Origin: Amphiscolops sp. MND2022
Lineage: Eukaryota
DNA: 64,000 nt
Assembly (NCBI GenBank): GCA_964187785.1
Contig: OZ076409.1
Span: 90,522,001-90,586,000 of the forward strand
Direction of reading: 5' to 3'
The translations under genes were made by a program, and so were the position numbers. The notes beneath the pieces were generated by a model. It was not told the origin of the DNA. It worked only from the letters and a program-made list of their open reading frames with translations, and did no database searches. Below, piece after piece: positions 25,670 through 36,260 of this stretch; within the stretch, counting starts at the first letter, position 1; each line of letters begins with the position of its first letter.

Positions 25670-25884
25670 GAATTGAATTTTCCCGAAAATGGGAGCTCTT
25701 TTCCTTCATTTTTTAGTTTCATTTTTTCGGCCCCTTTAGTATCTTTTGAGTAAATAGCGGGACATCTAGAAGACCCCTCGGAGAAGAGAATAAATATGGG
25801 ATCGGAAAGAAACAAATACAACAACATTAAGAGAATGAACAAAAGTTTACAGTTTCAAAACGTACATAAATACATATGTACATA

Positions 25885-28800
25885 CTAGTCTTTAGAGGAA
25901 CCTTGGACAGGCTTCTTAGAACTTGAGGAAGGACTTGAACTGTTGCTACCCTGCCTTTTTCTTCGCAACTTAGAAGGAATCTTCAGGGCAGACTCATCGG
26001 GGACGGATGAAACACTCCTCTCCTCCAAGCGAACTGAGCGAGCAACAGAGATGGATGTAGTGAGCTTATATGAAGCCAATAAGCTCTTATAAATTTTGGA
26101 TCGCCCAAACACATCAACATACGTCCACGGGTCATAATCGGCACCAAAGGCAGACTGTTCGAAGGTGGCACTGAGATGCGAAAATTTATCCAAATTGGCA
26201 TCGGTTACGCAACCAGAGATGGAATCAGGAACGGAGGAAAGATAACTTTGACAAGGCAGGACCAAATCAGTAAAGCGCCCACGATATCCAGTGGTATCTA
26301 CACTCCCAAATAACACAGGAGGATACTGAGGACTGGAACTAGTCAAACACAGACAACACAATTTGAACAAATAGAGCAAATGTTCATGAGTCTGGAAGAA
26401 CTCTAGTCCCATAATGAAGTCGATGAGGTCCTTGGAATTCTCTAGGAGATCGAAGTCAGGGGGGTAGCTCACTCGAAGATGGTCCAATAGGGCAATGTAC
26501 TCCTCCCGGCAAGCATCCTCGTTGGCAGATGAGACCCAAGACCGATGTTGGAAGGTAGCGTATAACAAATCGAAGTGACGAAGGCCGACTTCTGAAGGTC
26601 TTTTGAATAAAATGAAAGGGTCGAAAGCTGCCAACCCCTTCACAATCTCTGATCGTAATCCAGCCTGATTGAGAACCTCCTTCAAGAGATACTGTACGAA
26701 GTGGAGGCCTTCCCTGGCAAAACTGGAAGTTGCCTCATCCGCCGTCTTCTCAATTGCAGCCTTCTCAGACTTCTTATTCAAGTGGACGATTTCAGCACTC
26801 TGTTTACTTGCAGTTGCTACTTTGTTCACCAAGCGCAGTCGAACCAGGAAGTCCTCCTCAGTAAGGAACTTGCCTTCACTGACGGAAAAACCAAGCAAGA
26901 GGAACCAATCTTTCTCGACAGGGATCGTTTCAGGCAGATAACAACGGGAGCACAACTTGGAGATGAATCGGCAGACTTCCCCACAAAGGAAGAAAGTAGC
27001 ATCTCGTCTGCCTTGAAGGTTGACAACGAAACTGGACACGTCTGAAACACAACCGGTCACATGAAAAAACCCAACCGTACGCCTAAATGACCAACCGAGG
27101 AAACAGGGCTTACTGCCCTACCAGGATTCAAGAGTTTGGAATATGAAGCTAGAAGCGAGCAGTGATAGACCCAAAAAGTCCGTATACTTACAGTCACTGA
27201 TAATGCGTTGGAAGAATTCCAATTTCACAACAAAGAAGGTGTCGCAGATGAGGGACCATTCAAAGCTCTGAACCTGTAACATGATCTAAGTAAGTCACAT
27301 GCAACCGATATCGCCGGTCCATTAACCCATTGACTTGGAAACCAACTCATTGAAATTCAAAAGGCCCGAAGAGGATCCTTACCTGATTGTGAACCCCTTG
27401 CATGCCTTGATGGGGAGTGTGAGCAGTCAGAAAGGAACGCACTGCTTTCCAGTTTTTTGACAAGTCACGACAGAGACCAGGGAGATCAGGCAAATTCAGT
27501 TTGCAAGTGGAAATAGCCTAAAATGGACCACTATTAAACAGTGAGTCCTGTGTACTAGTTAACACTATCGACGTGTGAAATGAAAGATACTAACTTGAAG
27601 TAATTCGGGTGATTGCATGGCCCAATCCTCATCAGCAGCAGATCCTAAGGACACCAGTAAGCTCTTCAACACGGAGAAAAAGTCGATTCTGCCGAACACA
27701 CTGTAAGTGGGTTTGCGCATCATGGTCTGCAAATCCAAATGTTCGAATCGAAAACAGCTCTGTACTGCTCGTGGAAATAGTGCACATCTGTCGATAGTAC
27801 AAATCAGCTCAACGGGACAGCCGGAACAAGCAACTATGTCAGCCTTGGTAGACACGACCGAGAGAAATCTGGAAAGGGACCCCAATTCTCCTGTCAAGTC
27901 GGTTGAAGGAAGCCCACTTCGACAAACGAAGACTCTACACAGTGAGTCTCCCTTCCAAAATCTCACAGACATGAGCTTGTTGACTCCAACCCGTTCGTAC
28001 TCAAGCCCAAAGCACTGTGTTGCCGCTATTTGTTCTGCCATGTCCTCCATGGCACAGTTGAAGATGTGCTGGAAGATCGCCTTAAAAGAAAATAGGAATA
28101 TTAAATCGGATATTTACAGTGCACCTCGATAGTGAAAAGGAAAAAAACAAAACTACCAACCGAGACTCTATCTTCACTCCAGTCAAAATCGCAGTAGCTG
28201 GCTTGGTAGTTGGTTAGGGAGCCGACCTGTGACCACATCCGCCGTAAAATAGAAAGGTCTCCCTGATGCTGCACAAAATCTGCGATGAGGTGAATCTGAG
28301 TCTTGGCACGAGACGCTGGAGTTACGAGGGTGGTCGCTGTTCCTTTGACGAAATCGTCGTAAAAGGGGAAACGTTCCCCGATATCAACCAACTCGGCATG
28401 TATGAACAGAGGGAGTTCTTTAGCCAGCTCTATCTTGGTCAGAACTTTGCCGTTTCTGCCCCTCACCCGGTGTTGCACCTTACCAGTGACAGGATGGACG
28501 CTTTTTAGGTGCTCATAACGCCATCTCTGGTCCTTGCGCAAGTGTTTTTCTGTCCGGTGATGTCGTAGGATCTCCAAAGTGCCTTTGGTCTTCACGGAAA
28601 AATTCTTCTTACAGATATGGCACCAGACCATATGGGGATTGTGCAACGGGTCGGCTGGTCCAGAGATGAAAGATCGGGTCCACCCAATCTTCGCAAAGAA
28701 TTCCTCCTTCATGGGGACCCCTCTAGTGGGCCCGCGACGCTTCTTTTTGGATTCTTTACGAGTCTCGCTTGGACGCGGTACTTCCTGGTGACGCAACTCT

Positions 28801-30160
28801 GACAATGTTGCATCCAAGCTTGATTGCCCAGTCGACTCATGACCTTCATTCTGACGGCCGACATCTACTATTCTTTGGCTGGTCGGATCAGGTTCAACCA
28901 AGTTAGGCTCTTTGAAAGCCTGAGAAATTAGGGCCATTTCCGCGGAACTGTCAGTCTCGTTGGGGGAATCGAAAACCCCATCTTCGCTCTCAGTATTGGG
29001 GTCACCGGCAGAATCCGTACTTGGGCCAAAATCGTCGTAACTCTGCGACCCATCGCTGCTATCACTGAGGTCTCGTGGATGAGGAGTTTGTGCCCTGCGC
29101 CTGATTTTGAAATGGTCCGTACGAGACTTGGCCGTAACTGGGGCTCCTCTGACTGCACCTAACACCATTTTTTCCATGGTCGTATAAGACATTTGCAACG
29201 TCTCGTCGGTAAGAACACGGAGGAGGTGATAAACCTGTGGCTCCGTGAAAGCGACAGTCCGGTGGCCTAGAGGAAGAGAGACGGTTGTGGCATCTTCATC
29301 AAAATATTGTTTCAAAATAGCCCTACTCCGTCCAGATAACTCCCTCAATTCAGGGTGAGATGGACCTGAGGGACCGGGCCTAGACTCAGCAGTTGGGTCT
29401 TTGGGACTATGAGTAAGGGTGTCTTCTTCACTCGATGTTGGGTTGTGGGGTGCAGGGATAAAGCTGTATAACTCGGGACAGCTAAGCTGACTCGTCCCAT
29501 CCCCTGTCTCTTCTGTCTCGGTTCCCCCGTCTAGGAACCGCACCTTGGAAGTTCTGGGGCATCACAAAAGGACGAACTATCGTCAGTCTCGTGTTGGAGG
29601 AAAGAAACCGCAGACGTTTCATTGTTAGAATGTCCGGCTGGTAGTAATTCCGGTAACGTGGTTCGGGAGGAAGTAGCAACCTTTAGGCCACTTTCCAACA
29701 GGGTCAAATCCATTTCCAGCTGGATATTGGAAGTCCCTGGAGTTGGGGTACTGGCACGAATGTTTGGGGAAATCGGATCAGTTTGGATCGGATTGATGGG
29801 TGAGATACTGGTAGCTCCTTCCCTGACCTCTGTTGGCTCTCTTCCCTTGGCTTCTTCAGACTCACCAACCTTCTTGGGAACTTTGTCGGCTAAGTCGATA
29901 TTCGGAGTTGAAGTCAACCCCTGAACACGCTCGTAAACCCTGACTCTTTCTTCAGCATATGCAGTGACATCGACGTTACTGTCAGTACTGCTGGGAGAGA
30001 TGGGGGCTCTGAGGGGAGGAAATGGCGGTGGAGATGGCATCACATTCGGTGTAGACTGGATGTGGGAATCAGAGGCTGGTGTTTGTCCTTCCTCGGTATT
30101 TTCATTCCCTAAATGGAAGGAGATAAAATTAGGCGGTATGCTTCCTTGGAAGAAATCCAT
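25885..30160 (-). CDS. Antisense five-exon accessory gene: BED zinc finger, hAT-transposase-like protein (~1,290 aa). Exons 30160-28161 (frameshift near 29544), 28080-27595, 27517-27383, 27273-27192, 27041-25885
   Basis: GT-AG introns 28081-28160, 27518-27594, 27274-27382, 27042-27191 join the ORFs in frame; same positions and phases in element B; WCHICK...LRHHRTEKH BED-type finger. Confidence 0.82.
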
Positions 30161-31171
30161 TTTACCGCGTTAGAAAACTTCTAGAAGTGACTTTCAGTTT
30201 GGCTATTTAGTCGAAACATGTGAAACAAAAACGGAAACAGGAAGCGTTTGTGAACAAGTTTTGTCTCTGATCAAGTCAAAATTGTTCAGACTATTAAAAG
30301 AAAATCCAGACCAACCTGATTTTGAAGCCATGAAGCTGCTCCTTTTTGGAAGATGAGATGTAAATCTACAGGGGAGAGTCTGTGGAGAAAGGCCGAATAC
30401 GGCGACGACGGAAGATCAGGAAACAGCAACAAAGTTCGTGAAGCGTAACAGCGAAGGATCCCAGGAGAGGAAAATTGCAAAGATAGAGGAATTGGAATTG
30501 GGTAAAGAATTGAAAGTTGGAGTTCGTGGCTGAAGATTTACCAGACTAATATTATTTGATTATCTACATATTTAAATCTGTACACGGAGTCTGCCAGCAA
30601 AATGTACAGAACGTATCTCGCTATTTACAACCTTGTTACAATTAGTGGCCGATTATGGCCGTTTACCCCTATTCATGTTGCCGTTTTGTTCAGTTTTCCT
30701 AGTTACCTTAGTTAGATTTTCGCCATTTTAGTTATTCAAAATTATTATTTTCCGCCATCTTTATTATTCTTTTTTCAAATTTATCGAAGCTCAAATTTGA
30801 TTGGCTGAAGCCATTTCGGTGAGTTTCTTCTGACAAGTGCCGTTAATTGCTATCAAGCTTGGTGTTGATTACCCACTTGAAGTGGAATTATTTGTTGTTT
30901 TCAACTTAACACCTCTCCACATACTCACTTAAGAGAGTGAGAAAGGGGGGTACCATTCTGAATTTCAAAGGGTAAATAAGCCGCCAAGAAATTCCATTCT
31001 AGAAAGTTTACGACAGATTAGGGCGATTGACCATGGTTTCTCCCGCCGGAATGGAACTCCGGGGAAACAGCCTAAATTGGCCTGAAGGAAATTTTGACAA
31101 ACTCATTCAACTTTGAATCCTACAAGCAACAAGTCGCCCTACGAATCAACAAAATTGCTAAAAAGATAATA
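30161..31171. promoter_or_regulatory. Putative bidirectional internal promoter between the antisense gene and ORF3
   Basis: Head-to-head gene arrangement; non-coding blocks conserved with 62769-63779; CCAAT box (TGATTGG near 30798) and YY1-consensus CCGCCATCTT (30752-30761). Confidence 0.55.
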
Positions 31172-31963
31172 ATGGCTAAATTTAACTTAGCAAGAAAGCT
31201 TTTCGACTTAGAAGAATCGGACTCAGAAGCCTCCGTAAATTCAGTCATCTACCTATCGAGTGACGAAGAGGAGAACAACTCATCTACCTCATGGGATTCC
31301 GATTGGTCCACGGACACCGAGGCTATCATAGAGAGAATCGAGAGGGAAGTCAAGTCAAGCCTAATTTTAATCGCTGGCCGCAAGATGACTGTGGAGGAGC
31401 AAGATACAGAATCAGCAGCTGGACCGAGTAATCTTCAAATGCGGCCGCCTTCGACTCCGAAATTGGGATTCAAACAATTTGACGAGAAACTTCTGTATGC
31501 ACCGATGAGAAAGGCAGAAAGAACACGGATAGAACTTTGCAACACAATTCTACCAGTGTTGGAATCGCCATCGTCTCCGCCCGAGCATGAGAGAGGGCCG
31601 TCCCAAGACGTATTCATGGAACAACCAGTTAGCACCAGCTTCCACGCATCTTACCACATCCAACAAGTACAGCCGTATTCGGATCTTAGTAAACAGTTGG
31701 GCCGTGGATGCATGGTCTGTGGGAGATCAGTGGACGAAATTAAACAAGAGAAAGTGAATTGGTACATGAGTAGATCAACGCCGCGCAATGAACCAGCTTA
31801 TATAACGAACTTGAGGAGGGAAGCCTACGAAAATGGCCTAAACGCCGGAAGTCTTCTTTTCTTAGCACCCGCAGTGTCGCAGGCTGCCGCTTGCGATGGG
31901 ACACGGATCACAACGACTACTAACGAGCAAGAAGCCGTACCAGGTACTTTGCCCACATTTTAA
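31172..31963 (+). CDS. ORF3: sense accessory protein (263 aa) of unknown function, ending inside the 3' LTR
   Basis: Intact ORF; N-terminus homologous to 63780 (MSKFNLSRK); C-terminal 28 aa conserved at the start of the family B LTR (50197-50283); acidic SIM-like motif and a CMVC motif; no transmembrane segment seen. Confidence 0.75.
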   Translation: MAKFNLARKLFDLEESDSEASVNSVIYLSSDEEENNSSTSWDSDWSTDTEAIIERIEREVKSSLILIAGRKMTVEEQDTESAAGPSNLQMRPPSTPKLGFKQFDEKLLYAPMRKAERTRIELCNTILPVLESPSSPPEHERGPSQDVFMEQPVSTSFHASYHIQQVQPYSDLSKQLGRGCMVCGRSVDEIKQEKVNWYMSRSTPRNEPAYITNLRREAYENGLNAGSLLFLAPAVSQAAACDGTRITTTTNEQEAVPGTLPTF

Positions 31964-33613
31964 GAGAATTATTCAAAACTTTTAGTAAAACTCACTGTTG
32001 TTTTATTATATCCATTATGTATTCGGATTGTATATTAGTCTGATTAATACTCGTGTTAGAATTCAAACGGTGATGATTATGCTTATATGATGATTTGTTT
32101 AGCAGTGACGTAATGTAGTGAAGGCAAGTGTAAAGCTTAAAGGAAACGAGTTCAAGTGAACGAAACTCTAATTCCGGAGACGTCACTTGAGCTCATTTCA
32201 TTAGCCAATCAGAACACTCTATCCTGCTGTGCATTATACTATCATATTTGTTTAGCCGTATACGGCCACTTGACGCTATACCTTATTTTGTAAGCGGACC
32301 AAAGGCAAATGGCCGGATTAGGCCATTCCAACTATTAGCTTGTGTAATTGTTTAATTTGAGTATGCATGTTATTTAAAGTCATGTAAGATTGTATTTGTA
32401 CTTAGAGGGTGCTAATGGGCCTATTTAAACCTAATTGATGTATTTGTGACCACCAGTCATAAACTCTAAATAATAGTCCGGTGGACTAAACCGGTCGCTT
32501 TAATTGGCTGGATCCTTTGTCAAATGGCCGAATTGGGCCACATCCACCTTTTATTAGTGCATGTAATTGGAGTTGCTACTTGATGAATTAGCTTGCGTGT
32601 GCAGGCACGTGCCTTAGATACCTCACATACCTGTTGACACAAATATTACTTTGAAGTGTCTGAATATATATTTGCTTTGATATTAACTGTTACGGGAATG
32701 CGGACTAAACCGTCCCCCGTACTTTGAAGCTATCATGAGTATGTGATTGAGTACATTCCTCAGGAATTTTTCCGACCCTAAATTCCCGAATCACTTTGAT
32801 GCAATAGCTATTTTTCAATACTCGTAAAATTTCACGACCCTTTAGAACATGTAAACATTTCAATAATATGTGGAAAATGTGAGTGTCATGCCTCAGGAGG
32901 TATATATATATACACCCCCTTCCTGAGGGGACACAAGTTGCTTTCTTTTCACAACGTTCAGTTCATTGATATTACCAGTTTTCCGAACTAATTCAATATT
33001 AACCTCGGACTTTCTTCCTAAATGCCTACCACTAGAAAACAGAAGAAAACAAGGAAATCTAGAGAAGCAGAAATGCTATCAGACATTGAGAATTTGGATA
33101 TTATGCTCGGAAGAAATCATTTTGATAGAAATGAGAGAAATGAAAGTGTGAATAGTAATCGGACCGGTAGGCCAGAAAGCTTATTCGGAGATGAGTTTGG
33201 AGAAGAAAATGAGAACGAGTTCCCAAACCCGGGAAATAATGGACCTAGTCCAAATACCGAATTAGGCCATAATTCAATCAGAGAGTGTTCAAGTGTTGAG
33301 ATCAATAGATTGTCGAGTGAGTTAAATTCCCGTATATCTCGAGAGATGGACGAAATGATGAATAGCGTCAGTGTTCAGATTCAAAGGGCCATAAATGAGG
33401 CCATCAGTAATCAAATTTTGCCTCAAATCCAAAATGCAGTTATGGCCGGGTCGGGACAATTGACCAAAGAGAGATGGAACGTTCCGGCCGAGAGACCGGA
33501 AGGATATTCTGAAGTGCTGCAAAACTTAGAACCTAAGAACAATCCTAAGAGTAAGCAAGGTAGCGACCGTCTCAAAGACGGATTCACAAGCACGAATTCT
33601 CGTGCTTACGACA
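31875..33613 (+). repeat. 3' LTR of element A
   Basis: Near-identical to 17605-19343; followed by TSD AGCAT. Confidence 0.97.
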
Positions 33614-34416
33614 AGCATCGACTACAAAACGCAACCAGAAAAAGACGACGTTAATTACACCACATCATACGGGATAGATACATGAAATTACTAGTGAGGC
33701 AGTACAAGTCTGGAAGTGATGCTGTCTACTACGCTACATCATACCAATCACAACAGTTCAGAAAAAAATGATCATCGAGAATCAACAGTGATGCTGTCAC
33801 CTACACAGCGTCACCTGCAATCGATGTCCGTTAACCTTCAGACATTAACTTCACCAAATTAATACCACCATGTTTAGTTGAATGCAGTTTCATTGTACGA
33901 GATATCCAAATATCAGTAAATTAGTAGTGAGTGATGATAGGCCTATCCAGTCATCTTTACCAATATCCAAAGTCGAACCATATTGTAAAATTAGTGGTAT
34001 TTATACCAATGTAACCATCATACACTGTATTGCAGTACTCTAAACATATTCAGTCACCCAAGACAATTTAGAGATATTTCATGTAACGATGGCACTTACC
34101 ATCATCACATCTCATTATAACCATTTACTCATTTAATTCATGCTGTAATATTATATGATTCATGTAACGATCTCAACACACCAGCATCGTGTTTCACACC
34201 AAAACCTCACTTAAGCAATTGTTAGTATGACGCACTAAATTAACAACGAAATTGGGAGCAGGTATTGAAATACAGTCAAAACATTTTGCGATAGCCTGAC
34301 GTAGAGTTGCTTAGGACATCATCATAATCGTTTCTACATTTCATAACCACCATTTGAAACATACAATATTTTCAATTCAACACTCTTCAAACCACTTGAA
34401 CTTTTCATCTTCCTTT

Positions 34417-34866
34417 ATGGTGAACACTAGATCCAAAAGCGCAAGAAACGACACCACAATCACCAATAGAATGGACAGCTATACTGATAACGAAAATGAA
34501 TGGAGTGTAACTGAGATCCTCTCTAGAAATCAACTAGCTGAGTTTGACTACGTAGAGAACCTAGCTTATCGACAATTTGTAGTTCCTCCAGAAACTACAG
34601 AAGCCATAATCAGGACTATACACGACGACCCCATGCAGGGACACCCTGGCGCTTCTAAAATGTTAGCAGAACTTAGGAAAAAGTACTACGTCCCAAATTT
34701 GACAGAGAAGGTGCAAGCGTTTGTAAACAATTGTCAAATTTGTATAAAAACGAAAGCAGTGAAACCCAACAGTATAAAACCACCACTCGAACCGAACCGA
34801 TCTACGACTTCCGTACACAAAGCAGGCATAGTAGGTACGTCAGTCCCGGAAACACGAACGTACTAA
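34417..34866 (+). pseudogene. Deletion-fused gag N-terminus and integrase zinc-finger fragment of family C
   Basis: MVNTRSKSARND (LTR-borne gag start, compare 41529) joined near 34550 to HDDPMQGHPG...CQIC (integrase HHCC). Confidence 0.75.
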
Positions 34867-35018
34867 AACACACAACACGTCAAGTTTAACAAAGCTATCT
34901 CTCAGTAGAATAAAGTTCACTTGAAACTCACACTAAGTTTTATCACGGAAACCAATTCGCTTTTACATTGTAAAAAACTAGATTAGACCTAATATTTCCC
35001 TCTTGAGCACCAATTCTA

Positions 35019-36260
35019 TTACATCAAAAACCCAACCGCCAAGAGAAAACAAAAACAAAAAAGAAAAAATCCACTGTTAAACATGTTGATACTCACCCGA
35101 CGTAACACTGGCATGCGACTCAAGAAGGAATCGTCCACAACAGGCACTAGTCGAAACCGAAAGTACTCCAATAGCCTCAACGGTTCCACTTCTCCAAATT
35201 CAGACCGAAAGAGCTCCTTGATAGCCCGGAACACCATTCCTTGTGTGAACACCACGGAGATTAAAGGCTTTATTGGCAACGACACAGCAGATAGAGCCCG
35301 ACCAAGTCGCAAGTCTTCCTCGACAATTTACGTATTAACTGCCACTGCATGCTGAACCCATAACAACACCGGTATCACGATGTCCAAAAATTTTCTTTCG
35401 AACCCAGCTTCACGGCTCATGGCTCCCAAGAAAACAGACTTGATAGAATGTTCACTCACCATGCGAACACTGATGCCGACATTGGCAATTGACTCCATAA
35501 GTTTGTCAACGTCGTCGAGCACATACTGATACAGCCCGTACAACACCAGACTCTGCAATCAAAATCCCAAAAACATGTATATACACAGCCCAGATACAAC
35601 CAAAAAATCTCAAACCAAAATACAGACTCAGTAGTGACGTTACCTACATACCAATACCTTACTCACAAAAAAAAAACAAAAAATCACCACACGCATCTGA
35701 CTTCGAGCATAGTTGAGGTCACGACATTCCACTTTCAGTTCCGTAGCCATGTTGTCTCGCCGCATATTGATCGCAGGCAGCACACTCCTGACCGATGTCA
35801 GATTGATAAAGTTCGTCACAGAACTGTCAAGCCATAGGAATTCGAGACTTTCGCCCCCAACGTAGGACGCTTCTCCGCAATCGCCTCCGCTTCTTCAATA
35901 GCAACTCTCTCTTCGACAGTCAAATTGAGGGACGTTTCAATGAGTACAGGCGGTTCAGACATTTTTGCAAGTCGGATTCTCTTGTTCTCATCGGCAGACA
36001 CCGGACGACAAGACTTGTACAATAACGGTTTCTGGACCATGATCTTATACTTCTGTTCAAGGCATGTAAGTTCAACACCTTTCCAGTGGTCCCATAAAGA
36101 TGAAACTCCTCGCCCAGCGATCCTCAAGTCTACTCTGCATAATACGCATCGAGCGAAACTGTCGATCTCTCGTCTATGCCGAGGACACCCGACATATGTC
36201 CCTACGACAACAGACACAAAGTAGGACAGCTTCAGGGTTTCACTTTTCGATGACGAATTG
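35019..36260 (-). pseudogene. Decayed family C homologue of the antisense BED/hAT-like gene
   Basis: RCVLCRVDLRIAGRGVSSLWDHW...EQKYK parallels the BED finger of A and B; SEFGEVEPLRLL...PVLRR|GTGAGT aligns without gaps to SVFGRIDFFSVL...PELLQ|GTTAGT. Confidence 0.6.

Larger units (their letters stand above)
17605..33613 (+). mobile_element. Complete, young 16.0 kb Ty3/gypsy LTR retrotransposon, family A, with accessory genes
   Basis: Two 1739-bp LTRs (17605-19343, 31875-33613) with TGTCG...CGACA ends and only about 4 differences noticed by eye; TSD AGCAT (17600-17604, 33614-33618); PBS at 19344; gag, PR-RT-RH-IN. Confidence 0.97.

Noticed and set aside
25789..25794. Sense-strand AATAAA after pol as an internal poly(A) signal
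   Set aside because: The region is AT-rich and the motif position is not clearly conserved in B; it cannot be supported without transcript data.
29500..29545. Extra intron repairing the frameshift in antisense exon 1
   Set aside because: AG|GTGCGG is a weak donor, the nearby AGs I checked are in the wrong phase, and element B is open across this region.
31094..31963. ORF3 or the antisense gene as an envelope (env) gene
   Set aside because: No signal peptide, furin site or transmembrane anchor is visible; the large gene is antisense and has nuclear-protein features.
33022..33654. Independent 210-aa gene
   Set aside because: It is the gag 5' end duplicated in the 3' LTR, reading 13 codons into the flank.
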